Of a stretch of 64,000 bases of DNA, positions 50,315 to 59,589 are shown piece by piece. The notes under the pieces were generated by a model, which made no database searches, was not told where the DNA came from, and saw only the letters and a program-made list of their open reading frames with translations. Within the stretch, counting starts at the first letter, position 1; each line of letters opens with the position of its first letter. The translations under genes were made by a program, and so were the position numbers. Origin of the DNA: Minisyncoccota bacterium (lineage in GTDB: Bacteria; Patescibacteriota; Minisyncoccia; Phycocordibacterales; UBA9973); the NCBI GenBank assembly GCA_028718635.1, contig JAQULK010000001.1, positions 88,626 to 152,625 of the forward strand, written 5' to 3'.

Positions 50315-51715
50315 ATGTCAAAAAGAAATTTTATACTTTTAATAATAGTTGTAATAATAGGAATAATTGCATTATTCGGATATTTTTATTTCAACCCAGG
50401 AACCAACACGCCAGGGGAGGACAACACGGGCACAAATTTTATTTCACAATTTAACCCATTTGGAAAAAACACCACAAAACCTCCTGCCGACACAACAACC
50501 CCAATTGATATTTCTGGAGATCAACCAAATACCACCTCTGCAGATATAGATGCAAAATTGAAAAAAGTTTCAAGCATGCCAATTGCAGGGTTTACTGTAT
50601 TTTCTAAAGAAAGATTAAAGGATGTGACTGTTCCTCCCCTCCTTTCGGAGGAGGGGGCAGGGGGTGGTGATAACTCTGCACCACCTCGCCCTTCGGGCTC
50701 TCCTCCTTCAAAAGGAGGAGAGAGAACCAAACCAACTCCGCCCCAAACTGAATTTATGCCAGCTTTGAGGTATGTGGAAAGAGCCACAGGAAATATTTAC
50801 CAAACCTTTGCAGACAAAATAGAAGAGAAGCAATTTTCGACAACAATGATACCTCAAGTGTATGAAGCATTTTTTGGAAACAAAGGAAACTCAGTAATCA
50901 TGAGATACTTGAAACCGGATGGCAGAACAATCATAACTTTTGTGGGAACTTTGCCAAAAGAGGTTCTTGGCGCAGATAGCACCGTTGGTAATGAAATAAA
51001 AGGAGTATTTCTTCCAGAAAATACAAAGGATGTGAGTTTGTCAAGCGATTCCAAAAGTCTCTTTTATATGTTTTTAAGTGGAAAAACTCAAGCAGATGGA
51101 GTAACTGGCGCTACTTTTAATTTATTAAATAATAAAAAGATTCAAGTTTTTAATTCTCCTTTCACAGAATGGTTGTCCTCATTCCTAACCAGCAAGATGA
51201 TTACTTTTACCACTAAACCTTCTGCTCAAATTCCGGGATATATGTACGTTATGGATCCGACAAATAAAAATTATAATTTTCATAAAATATTGGGCGGCAT
51301 AAATGGGCTTACCACCCTCATTAGCCCTAATGGAAAACTGGCTCTTTATAGCGATAACAATTTATCTCTTAATATTTTTCACTCGAACACAAAGGTTTCC
51401 GATACGTTGGGAGTAAAAACATTGGCGGAAAAATGTGTTTGGAATAAAACTAGTGAAGTTATTTATTGCGGAGTGCCAAAATCTTATGGAAACGGTCAAT
51501 ACCCGGACAGTTGGTATCAAGGAGAAGTTTCTTTTTCGGATCAAATTTGGAAAATAGATGTTAAAACTGGAAATGCGACTATGATTGCGGATCCAGCCGA
51601 CATAAACGGCGGAGAAGATATTGATAGCACTAAATTAGCGCTGGACGATGGAGAAAACTATTTATTTTTTGTAAACAAAAAGGATTCTTTCCTATGGGAG
51701 TTGAATTTAAAATAA
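50315..51715 (+). CDS. membrane-anchored hypothetical protein (Pro/Thr-rich linker, beta-rich C-terminal domain)
   Basis: 466 aa. N-terminal TM segment. In-frame palindromic insertion encoding PPLLSEEGAGGGD. Confidence 0.45.
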   Translation: MSKRNFILLIIVVIIGIIALFGYFYFNPGTNTPGEDNTGTNFISQFNPFGKNTTKPPADTTTPIDISGDQPNTTSADIDAKLKKVSSMPIAGFTVFSKERLKDVTVPPLLSEEGAGGGDNSAPPRPSGSPPSKGGERTKPTPPQTEFMPALRYVERATGNIYQTFADKIEEKQFSTTMIPQVYEAFFGNKGNSVIMRYLKPDGRTIITFVGTLPKEVLGADSTVGNEIKGVFLPENTKDVSLSSDSKSLFYMFLSGKTQADGVTGATFNLLNNKKIQVFNSPFTEWLSSFLTSKMITFTTKPSAQIPGYMYVMDPTNKNYNFHKILGGINGLTTLISPNGKLALYSDNNLSLNIFHSNTKVSDTLGVKTLAEKCVWNKTSEVIYCGVPKSYGNGQYPDSWYQGEVSFSDQIWKIDVKTGNATMIADPADINGGEDIDSTKLALDDGENYLFFVNKKDSFLWELNLK

Positions 51716-51740
51716 AATATAAAATTTAGAAAGGGTTTCG

Positions 51741-51832
51741 TATTTCCTCTCCCCCTTAATAAGGGGGAGACTGTGAGGGGGTTCTTAATTAATTCACCTC
51801 ACCCCAGCCCTCTCCTTATTAAGGAGAGGGGG
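51741..51832. repeat. compound GC-rich palindromic element (family C)
   Basis: CTCCCCCTTAATAAGGGGGAG, TTCACCTCACCCC and CCCTCTCCTTATTAAGGAGAGGG. Same compound as the insertion in 43804..44346. Ends at the jag stop codon. Confidence 0.7.
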
Positions 51833-52357
51833 CTAAATTCCACCCACGTATTTGATCACCACTCGGCGATCGCGCCCGAAACCTATGGATTCGGTTTTAA
51901 GGTCATTTGATTCAGATAAAAATTCATGAACGATTCTGCGTTCGAAGGCTGACATTGGGTCAACTTCTATATTAGACTTAAAATATCTCGCTCTTTCAGA
52001 CATCATATGGGCTATTGCACGGATATTCTCAACATGTTTTTTTTGAAAACCGTTTATATCTATAATAACAGACCCTCCCCCAACCCCTCCCTTGGCAGGG
52101 AGGGGGGTCCCTTCTCCCCCTGCTAAGGGGGAGTGCCCGAAGGGCGGGGGGGTCTTAGCTTCTATTATTCTATGAACAAGGTGGCTTAACGCGTGCAAAC
52201 CCTCACCATCACGCCCAATAAAGAAATGTGGCTCGACAACCTCTATGGAAACCCATACATTTTTATGCCCATCATCAACTATTGAAATTCCATTTAGTTT
52301 TACTGTAGTTTTTTCAATTAAGTCTTTTATTAAATTTTGAATCTCTTCTTTTTCCAT
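51833..52357 (-). CDS. jag: Jag/KhpB (KH + R3H) RNA-binding protein
   Basis: R3H motif ERRIVHEFL. In-frame double-palindrome insertion encoding PPPFGHSPLAGGEGTPLPAKGGVGGGS. Confidence 0.8.
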   Translation of the reverse strand: MEKEEIQNLIKDLIEKTTVKLNGISIVDDGHKNVWVSIEVVEPHFFIGRDGEGLHALSHLVHRIIEAKTPPPFGHSPLAGGEGTPLPAKGGVGGGSVIIDINGFQKKHVENIRAIAHMMSERARYFKSNIEVDPMSAFERRIVHEFLSESNDLKTESIGFGRDRRVVIKYVGGI

Positions 52358-52477
52358 CCCGTTAGAAGCAGATCGCGATCAACTCGCGTATCTGCCATAT
52401 TAAGTTATTAATTTTATTAATATTTGATTTCATGTTTTGTTTGTTTTTAAATTGCGATCGCGGCTTCTAACGGGATC
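52356..52477. repeat. family A element (GAAGC subtype)
   Basis: Fills the yidC-jag spacer. One end supplies the jag ATG (CTAACGGGATG on the minus strand). The other ends 5 nt before the yidC stop. Confidence 0.75.
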
Positions 52478-52482
52478 CATTC

Positions 52483-53211
52483 CTATCGGATCACAATTTT
52501 GAAATTTTTCTCTCTTTTTACATAAATCTGCTGGCCTACCATAAAAAGATTGCTGGTAATCCAATAAAGCGCTACTGCTCCAGAAATACTATAAGCGACT
52601 AAAGCAATAATGAACGGAAAAACGTATTTCATTTGCACGCTCATGCTTTTAGCAAAACTATCAGAAAAAGAAGCTTTGTCATTTCCTGAAGAAAGAACAG
52701 GTTTAGGCATAAAGTGCGCTTGTAAATATTGAGAAACACCAGCTAAAATTGCTAAAACTAAACTTTTTTTAGTTATATCAAGGAAACCAAGAAAAATCAT
52801 ATTTATATGAGTGGGAACTTTAACAAAAGAATAAAGCAATCCGCTTTCAAAGTTTATACCTTTGAAAAAGACGTAATATAAGGCAAAAATAACTGGAATT
52901 TGGATCAAAACCAAAAGACACCCTGAAAAAGGATTAGTATTGTGTTTTTTGTATAATTCGAATGTTTGTTTTGCTTGTTCTTCTTTGGAAGCGCCACTGG
53001 CTTTTATTTTATTAATCTCGGGAGTTAAAATGCTCATTTCTGCCTGACTTTCAATGGATTTCTGGGATAAAGGAAAGAGAATAATTTTAACAAGAATGGT
53101 AAGAACTATAACTGCCACCCCCACGTCTCCGCCAGGGACAACAGACACCAAAAAAGCCAAAGCGTTTAAAAGTGGTTGATATAAAACGGTATTCCAAATA
53201 TTTGTAAGCAT
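52483..53211 (-). CDS. yidC: membrane protein insertase YidC (short form)
   Basis: 242 aa. Five TM helices. ILFPLSQKS and LIQIPVIFALYYVF motifs. Confidence 0.85.
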   Translation of the reverse strand: MLTNIWNTVLYQPLLNALAFLVSVVPGGDVGVAVIVLTILVKIILFPLSQKSIESQAEMSILTPEINKIKASGASKEEQAKQTFELYKKHNTNPFSGCLLVLIQIPVIFALYYVFFKGINFESGLLYSFVKVPTHINMIFLGFLDITKKSLVLAILAGVSQYLQAHFMPKPVLSSGNDKASFSDSFAKSMSVQMKYVFPFIIALVAYSISGAVALYWITSNLFMVGQQIYVKREKNFKIVIR

Positions 53212-53250
53212 TCGTCCATTCTACCCCGAAGTAAAATTTTTAGCAAAATT

Positions 53251-53544
53251 TTACTTCACAGAATCAATGTGATTTTTTTGCCAAGGATGGCAACGCAGAA
53301 TGCGTTTCAACCCTAAATAAATTCCTTTCCATGCGCCATATTTTTCTATCGCTTGTTTGGTGTATTCAGAACAAGATGGATAAAAAACACAAGTGTTCGC
53401 TTTCAAAAAAATTGAAATGTTTTTTTGATAAAAATTAATCCCGTTAGAAGCCGCCCTCGCTAGTAAGCGAGTGCTACAGTCACCCTGGGGCGACTTGCTT
53501 CTAACGGGATTAATTAAGTTTTGAAAGAATTGTTTTAATTTCAT
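53251..53544 (-). CDS. yidD: membrane protein insertion efficiency factor YidD with in-frame family A repeat
   Basis: C.FYPSCSEY...RILRCHPW signature. N-terminal residues [24 protein letters not shown] are encoded by repeat 53438..53512. Confidence 0.7.
   Translation of the reverse strand: MKLKQFFQNLINPVRSKSPQGDCSTRLLARAASNGINFYQKNISIFLKANTCVFYPSCSEYTKQAIEKYGAWKGIYLGLKRILRCHPWQKNHIDSVK
53438..53512. repeat. family A element inside the yidD 5' region
   Basis: CCCGTTAGAAGCCGCCCTCGC...GCGACTTGCTTCTAACGGGAT. Right end abuts the rnpA stop codon. Confidence 0.75.
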
Positions 53545-53860
53545 TTTCTATAGCAGAGATATCGTCCCTCGGCTGTAGCCCTACGGGCGAAGCTTGATAT
53601 TTTTTAAAAACAAAGACTCCCATGATTCCGAGAGGGAACTGGTCTATGTATTTAGATAAAGCTGTATAGCCTCGACGTCGCAGTAAATTTCTCTTAACAG
53701 CGAGTTTGGCTACACTTTTTGGCGCAATAAAGGAAATTTTTACTTCTTTATTGGGGTTTTGGGTGTATTTAAAAGTAAAACTGGGAGAAATAAGAAATCT
53801 TCCTTCTTTAAAGATTTTATCGACTTCTTTAGTGCTTACTCTATTCTTTTTAGGTAGCAT
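53510..53860 (-). CDS. rnpA: ribonuclease P protein component
   Basis: 116 aa, basic. Sits between rpmH and yid[12 protein letters not shown]. Confidence 0.8.
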   Translation of the reverse strand: MLPKKNRVSTKEVDKIFKEGRFLISPSFTFKYTQNPNKEVKISFIAPKSVAKLAVKRNLLRRRGYTALSKYIDQFPLGIMGVFVFKKYQASPVGLQPRDDISAIENEIKTILSKLN

Positions 53861-53871
53861 ATAAAACCAAC

Positions 53872-54006
53872 TTAAACACTGAGTTTTTTTCTGCCCTTTT
53901 GACGTCTTCTTTTTAAGACCTTCTTTCCTGTTTTTATTCTAGATCTAACCAAGAACCCGTGAGCTCTGGCTCTTTTTCTTTTTTTAGGTTGGTATGTAAC
54001 TGACAT
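53872..54006 (-). CDS. rpmH: 50S ribosomal protein L34
   Basis: Not in the ORF track. Hand-translated as [44 protein letters not shown]. Confidence 0.85.
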   Translation of the reverse strand: MSVTYQPKKRKRARAHGFLVRSRIKTGKKVLKRRRQKGRKKLSV

Positions 54007-54117
54007 TACTAGAGTCTATAATAAAAATTATAAAAATACAACCCCCTAATCCCCCTTATCAAGGGGACTTACAAAATTTTTCCTCCCTTGACAAGGGGAG
54101 GTCAGGAGGGGTTGAGT

Positions 54118-54137
54118 TTTATCCACAGTTTATCAAC
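54118..54137. promoter_or_regulatory. two tandem DnaA boxes (TTATCCACA then TTATCAACA)
   Basis: Perfect consensus 9-mer plus a 1-mismatch copy 2 bp downstream. Sits between rpmH and dnaA beside a GC-rich compound palindrome at 54035..54112. Confidence 0.6.
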
Positions 54138-54194
54138 AGAGTTAATAAGCTTTCAAAGATGTCTTCTATTTTAGAAATAGTATAATATGGAACT

Positions 54195-55532
54195 ATGAAC
54201 ACAAATCAATTGTGGAAAAGCTGTTTGCTAAAAATTGAGTCTGATATGTCTAAGGCAAATTTTAGCACTTGGTTTAAAAATACCTCTATTGCAAAAGAAG
54301 AAAACGGGATTGTTTATATAGGAGTGCCAAATGAATTTGTTCGTGATTGGCTTATAAATAAATATCATAAGCTTATAACCAAAACCATAGCTGAAAATTA
54401 TGAAAATATGCGCGCGGTGGAATATGTAATTACAAAAATAGAAAATTCTAAACAAGAAACAATAACAAGCGAAACTATAGAAAAAGAACTACCTTTGAGA
54501 GATTTATATATTAATCCGGAGAATAATCTAAATCCTCGCTACCATTTCAACTCTTTCATCGTGGGAACTTTCAATGAACTCGCCTATGCGGCAGCTCAGG
54601 CAATCATAGAGTCTCCGGGGACTAAATATAATCCATTTTTTATTTACGGCGGTACTGGTCTCGGAAAAACTCACTTAATTCAAGCTGTAGGAAATTCAGT
54701 AAAAGACAAATATCCCCATAAGAAAGTGCATTATATGACTCTGGAAAAATTCGCGACAGATTTTATAAACTCCCTTCAGAGTAATAAGGCAAATTCTTTC
54801 AAAGAAAAATACCGCAAATATGATCTTTTGATCATAGATGATATTCAATTTATCGGTAAAATGGAAAAAATTCAAGAAGAACTTTTCCACACATTTAATA
54901 CTTTTTATGAAAACAATAAGCAAATTATTTTTTCCTCTGATAAGCACCCTAATTACATTCCAGAACTAGCAGATCGTTTAAAATCACGTTTTGCTGCAGG
55001 AATGATAGTAGATGTCACTGAGCCGGAATACGAGTCTCGCCTTGCGATTATAAAAGTAAGGCTTCGTGAATTTAATATAGTCTTAGATGAAGATGTAATT
55101 GAATATGTCGCGTCATCTATCCAAGGGAATATCCGTGAACTTGAAGGGATCCTGAATCTTATTATTTGCCAATATCGCCTTAAAAATAAGGCTCCGGCAC
55201 TGCCTGAAGTCAAAAATTTGTTGAAAAATAGTATGAAACCAAAAAAGAATATAGCAATAAAAGATGTCGTAAAAATTGTGGCTGAGTATTATAAACTAGA
55301 AGAAATGTCTATATATGAAAAAACTAGAAAAAAAGAAATCGTAAAAACTAGACAAGTTATAATGTATCTGCTTCGAGAAGATTTCAGTGTCTCTTATCCA
55401 CTCATAGGGCAAAAATTAGGTGGAAAAGATCATACTACAGTGATGCATTCGTGTGTAAAAATAAAAGAAGATTTAAAAAATGATCCGCAATTAATACAAG
55501 AATTGGAACAAATAAGAATTTTGTTTAAATAA
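54195..55532 (+). CDS. dnaA: chromosomal replication initiator protein DnaA
   Basis: GGTGLGKTHL, LLIIDDIQF and C-terminal DNA-binding domain. TATAAT at 54181..54186 lies only about 8 nt before the ATG, possibly a leaderless transcript. Confidence 0.9.
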   Translation: MNTNQLWKSCLLKIESDMSKANFSTWFKNTSIAKEENGIVYIGVPNEFVRDWLINKYHKLITKTIAENYENMRAVEYVITKIENSKQETITSETIEKELPLRDLYINPENNLNPRYHFNSFIVGTFNELAYAAAQAIIESPGTKYNPFFIYGGTGLGKTHLIQAVGNSVKDKYPHKKVHYMTLEKFATDFINSLQSNKANSFKEKYRKYDLLIIDDIQFIGKMEKIQEELFHTFNTFYENNKQIIFSSDKHPNYIPELADRLKSRFAAGMIVDVTEPEYESRLAIIKVRLREFNIVLDEDVIEYVASSIQGNIRELEGILNLIICQYRLKNKAPALPEVKNLLKNSMKPKKNIAIKDVVKIVAEYYKLEEMSIYEKTRKKEIVKTRQVIMYLLREDFSVSYPLIGQKLGGKDHTTVMHSCVKIKEDLKNDPQLIQELEQIRILFK

Positions 55533-55677
55533 TTTAAAATAGTTATTAGAAAGTTATTAGACTTAAATTAAAAAAATAAATTTTAAAAATCATAATATTA
55601 ACCAATATAAAACATATTTATACACTTATTAACATCATTAATATTACTAATAAATTAAATATATAAAATATAAACAT
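55533..55677. promoter_or_regulatory. AT-rich dnaA-dnaN spacer, candidate DNA-unwinding element of oriC
   Basis: 145 bp, almost entirely A/T. Contains the DnaA-box-like TTATACACT. Confidence 0.45.
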
Positions 55678-56775
55678 ATGAAACTAGAATGCGGAGTGGA
55701 AAAAATTAAAAACGCAATTTCTCAAGTAGAAAGAATTACTGGAAAAAATTTAACTTTGCCGATCCTGAGTTCGATTTTACTAATTGCTTCCAAAAATTCA
55801 CTAAAACTAAGATCCACAAATTTAAATCTTGGAATTGAAGTCGAAATTCCTGTAAAAATAGAAAAAGAAGGTACTTTAGCCATTTCTGGTTCTATATTAA
55901 ACGCTGTTTTTTCTAATGTTTCTCAAAATGAAAATGTGTTTTTTGAAGATATAGACGGGAATTTATTGATTAAAACCAAAAAAAGCCAAATAAAACTAAA
56001 AAGCCAGCCTTGTGAAGATTTTCCAACAATTCCAAAAGTCACCGGGAATAGTTTTGAAATAGAATCAAGCAAATTGATCGATGGTATAAAAGCAGTTTAT
56101 TATAGTTCTTCTGTTTCAGATATAAAACCTGAGATTTCAAGTGTTTATATATATACCAATGAGGATAATTTAATTTTTGTTTCCACAGATTCTTTTAGAT
56201 TAGCTGAGAAGAAAGTAAAAGTAAAAGGTCTAGACGAAATTAGCGGAATTATTCTACCGTATAAAAACATAGGAGAAATATTAAAAGTTTTTGGAGAAAT
56301 TAAGGGTAATATAAAAGTGTGTTTTAATAAAAATCAAATTTCTTTTTCATCCGATAGGGTATATTTAACATCTAGAATAATTGACGGTATTTTTCCTGAT
56401 TATAGGCAGATTATCCCCAAAGATTCTATTACAGAGGTAGTGGTATTAAAACAGGATTTATTGAATGCTTTAAAACTTTCTAATGTTTTTTCAGATAAAT
56501 TTAATCAAGTAAACCTTAAAGTCGCACCAAAAGAAAAAGTTTTTGAACTTTCTTCCGCTAATAATGATATTGGAGAAAATAAAACATATTTAGATGCAGT
56601 AATAAAAGGAGAAAACGCCGAACTTAGTTTTAATTACAAATATTTTCTAGACTGTTTCCAATCAATAAACACTGATAGTGTTTCTATAAAATTGTCCGGA
56701 CATTCTCGTGCCATGGTTATCTCTCCTGTTTCTGATCCATCTTTTACTTATCTTATAATGCCAATGAATAGATGA
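55678..56775 (+). CDS. dnaN: DNA polymerase III beta sliding clamp
   Basis: 365 aa. Three-domain layout. Follows dnaA. Confidence 0.9.
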   Translation: MKLECGVEKIKNAISQVERITGKNLTLPILSSILLIASKNSLKLRSTNLNLGIEVEIPVKIEKEGTLAISGSILNAVFSNVSQNENVFFEDIDGNLLIKTKKSQIKLKSQPCEDFPTIPKVTGNSFEIESSKLIDGIKAVYYSSSVSDIKPEISSVYIYTNEDNLIFVSTDSFRLAEKKVKVKGLDEISGIILPYKNIGEILKVFGEIKGNIKVCFNKNQISFSSDRVYLTSRIIDGIFPDYRQIIPKDSITEVVVLKQDLLNALKLSNVFSDKFNQVNLKVAPKEKVFELSSANNDIGENKTYLDAVIKGENAELSFNYKYFLDCFQSINTDSVSIKLSGHSRAMVISPVSDPSFTYLIMPMNR

Positions 56776-56779
56776 TAAA

Positions 56780-57037
56780 ATGATTGAAATCAAGGACTTA
56801 TTAATCAGATTCAATAATATTCTTCTAGGAGAAGAAATTAAAAAAGAAATTATTAGAAAAACTATTTCTGAAATAATTAAAACAGAAATAAAATCAGAAG
56901 ATATACAGGTAAAAAATAATATAATTTATTTGAACATCAAACCAATTTATAAAAATGAAATTTTTATAAAAAAAGACAAAATTTTTTCAAAACTTGAGGA
57001 ATCTTTCGGTAAAAGAACTCCTACAGGCTTACTTTAA
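56780..57037 (+). CDS. small hypothetical protein downstream of dnaN (position typical of DUF721/recF-region proteins)
   Basis: 85 aa, Lys/Ile-rich. Position only. Confidence 0.3.
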   Translation: MIEIKDLLIRFNNILLGEEIKKEIIRKTISEIIKTEIKSEDIQVKNNIIYLNIKPIYKNEIFIKKDKIFSKLEESFGKRTPTGLL

Positions 57038-59549
57038 AGGTCAAATTAGTTTCATTGCTATTTGAAACAGTATCATAAGAAATCAATTTCAATTCATTAT
57101 CACCTTGCACGGCTTCCAATTCATTTGGTATGAAGGAAAAATTAAAAGGAGATTTTATGGTTTCTAAATAAACTCCATTTATAAAAACATCTATCCTTTG
57201 TAAAGGATAAACTCCAGAACTTGAAATTTTTAAATTTATTTTTTGATCCGGTGAATAATTTGTCGTATCATTTGGTTCCAAAATCAAAACTTTTGGTTTT
57301 GATGAGAGAGTGTGCACATTATCAGATGCAGTTGGTTTTTCACCCCAAGTTGTTATTGGATATTTCCCTTTATTTTGGGCCCACCAATTCTGTATTGGTA
57401 TTTCCCAATGGCTGAATTGGTAATCATTATTTGGATTCGATGGCGATGGCCCTAAAATGTTATTTCGATCCACCCAATATAAAATTGAATGTACATTTGT
57501 TATTACTTTTTCCTGCATAGTTTCTTTTGGGGTATTAGGAGTGGCTAAAAGACCAGAAATTTTATCTATAAAAAAGTTTTCATTTCCGAGCCATTGTCCT
57601 CGGAGAACAGGTTTTACTTTAGTCGGGTCGGTACTAAGATCTGGTTTTTCAAACGTTTCATTTGGAAGTGTTGCGAGGGCGGTGGTCATAAATTTATTCC
57701 AAATCGGCCCTGCCACTGCCGCGCCTCCCTTTTTCATTGGCTTATTGTCATTATTTCCAGCCCAAACACCCACCACAATAGACGGGGAATACCCAATAGT
57801 CCAGGCGTCCTTGTTGTTATTTGTAGTTCCAGTTTTAACTGCTACATCTCTGTTGGGAATATACAAAACAGAATGTACTCCAAAAGTCGGTTGGCGAGCT
57901 TTTTCATCTGAAAGAATATTTGAAATAGTTAAAGCGGTATTTTTGGGTAAAATTTCTTGGGTTTTAGGTTGAAATTCTTCTAAGACTTTGCCATGAGAAT
58001 CTTCAACCTTCAATATCCCAGTGTATGAATTTTTTATGCCGTTGTTTGCAAATACCCCATAAGCTGAGGTCATATCTAAAAGCGAAACTTCCCCGCCTCC
58101 AATAACAAGAGTAAGACCATACTGATTTATATCTTTTAAAGTACCGATACCCATATTTTCTGCTGTTTTTAGAGAATCAGAAAGTCCAGCTAAGTAGAAA
58201 AGTTTTACCGCGATAATGTTGATTGATTGGGCCAATGCATCTCGCAGACTCATTGGTCCGCGAAATTTTCCATCATAATTGTCTGGCATATAACAATCAC
58301 TTTGATTGTGTCCTGGGAGAGCTTTTCCATAAGCGTTACAGGTTGATTGAAATTCTGTTGGCAGGTCAAACAACACAGTGTTCGGAGTAAAGCCCTTATT
58401 GAAGGCCGTAGCATAAATAAAAGGCTTAAAAGACGATCCAGGCTGTCGAGTGGCAGTCGTTATGTTGAAATTTCCATCTATGTTTTTATCAAAATAATCT
58501 CTAGAGCCTACCATTGCTAAAATTTGTCCTGTTTTTGGGTCTTCCGCTACCAGTCCCGCATTGCTCCCATTCCAATCTTTTTCGTTTTGTAATGCTCCAT
58601 CTTTTACAATTTGTTCTGCCTTGTCTTGTAAATCCGCATTTAGGGTGGTAGTAACTTTCAGTCCGCCATTTTCCACTACATCAGTCCCGTATTTTTGCTC
58701 CAAATAATCCTTGATCCAAAAAACAAAATGCGGCGCTCTGATACCCATAATAGCTTGCGGAGCAAAAGTCACCACTTCGCTCTTTGCTTGGTCGTATTCT
58801 TCTTTTGTAATAAACCCAAGTTCTAATTCTCTAGAGAGCACTAAATTTTTTCGAGCATCCAGACTGGCCCTGTTTTTTCCATACGGAGAAAGTTTCGATG
58901 GAGAATTTGGAATAGATGCCAAATAAGCAGCTTCCGCTATCGTTAAATCAACTGCGTTTTTATTGAAATAAGTTTTACTGGCGGTTTGTATGCCATAAAC
59001 AGTTCCCCCATAGGGAATTTCATTTAAATAAGCCTCGAGGATTTTATCCTTTGGCATAGAGTTATCTATCTTGATTGCCAAAACCCATTCTTTTATTTTT
59101 CGGATATAGCTTCGATTTGTTGTTAAAAGAGTATTTTTTACCAATTGCTGAGTTATAGTCGAACCGCCTCCGCCTATCCCAATGTGAAAGATGTTGGAAA
59201 AAAGAGCTCTAATCGTGGAAGTTATCTTAACCCCGCCATGAGTGTAAAATTGGGCATCTTCTATAGCAACTGTTGCATTTTTTATATTTGAACCCATTTG
59301 TTCAAAAGGTATTTCAGTTCTTTTTATATCTTGGTGGATGTCATAAAGTAAAATTTCTCCTGTGCGATCGTATATCTGGGTAGAATTCATAATTTTTCTT
59401 GCTTCAAAAGCATGGAAATCAGGGATTCTCAAAGAAGATAGTAAAATAACAAGTATTCCAAATAAAAAAATAAAAAGACCGCCGCTCAACAGTAGTATAT
59501 TTCTGAACAATCTTTTGTTTTTATACAACTTTTTCAATTTCCTCCACAT
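57021..59549 (-). CDS. class A penicillin-binding protein (transglycosylase + transpeptidase)
   Basis: GT51 motifs EDAQFYTHGG and GGSTITQQLVKN. Transpeptidase SSFKP, SIN and KTGT. Start set at MWRKLKK to avoid overlap with tyrS. Confidence 0.85.
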   Translation of the reverse strand: MWRKLKKLYKNKRLFRNILLLSGGLFIFLFGILVILLSSLRIPDFHAFEARKIMNSTQIYDRTGEILLYDIHQDIKRTEIPFEQMGSNIKNATVAIEDAQFYTHGGVKITSTIRALFSNIFHIGIGGGGSTITQQLVKNTLLTTNRSYIRKIKEWVLAIKIDNSMPKDKILEAYLNEIPYGGTVYGIQTASKTYFNKNAVDLTIAEAAYLASIPNSPSKLSPYGKNRASLDARKNLVLSRELELGFITKEEYDQAKSEVVTFAPQAIMGIRAPHFVFWIKDYLEQKYGTDVVENGGLKVTTTLNADLQDKAEQIVKDGALQNEKDWNGSNAGLVAEDPKTGQILAMVGSRDYFDKNIDGNFNITTATRQPGSSFKPFIYATAFNKGFTPNTVLFDLPTEFQSTCNAYGKALPGHNQSDCYMPDNYDGKFRGPMSLRDALAQSINIIAVKLFYLAGLSDSLKTAENMGIGTLKDINQYGLTLVIGGGEVSLLDMTSAYGVFANNGIKNSYTGILKVEDSHGKVLEEFQPKTQEILPKNTALTISNILSDEKARQPTFGVHSVLYIPNRDVAVKTGTTNNNKDAWTIGYSPSIVVGVWAGNNDNKPMKKGGAAVAGPIWNKFMTTALATLPNETFEKPDLSTDPTKVKPVLRGQWLGNENFFIDKISGLLATPNTPKETMQEKVITNVHSILYWVDRNNILGPSPSNPNNDYQFSHWEIPIQNWWAQNKGKYPITTWGEKPTASDNVHTLSSKPKVLILEPNDTTNYSPDQKINLKISSSGVYPLQRIDVFINGVYLETIKSPFNFSFIPNELEAVQGDNELKLISYDTVSNSNETNLTFKVSL

Positions 59550-59589
59550 TGGTCGAATTATAGCAGAAAATGTGTTAGAATCCAGAAAC

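Noticed and set aside
59362-59589. N-terminal extension of the tyrS ORF
   Set aside because: The extension runs antisense through the PBP gene. The TyrRS HIGH-region homology begins after the internal Met at 59590.
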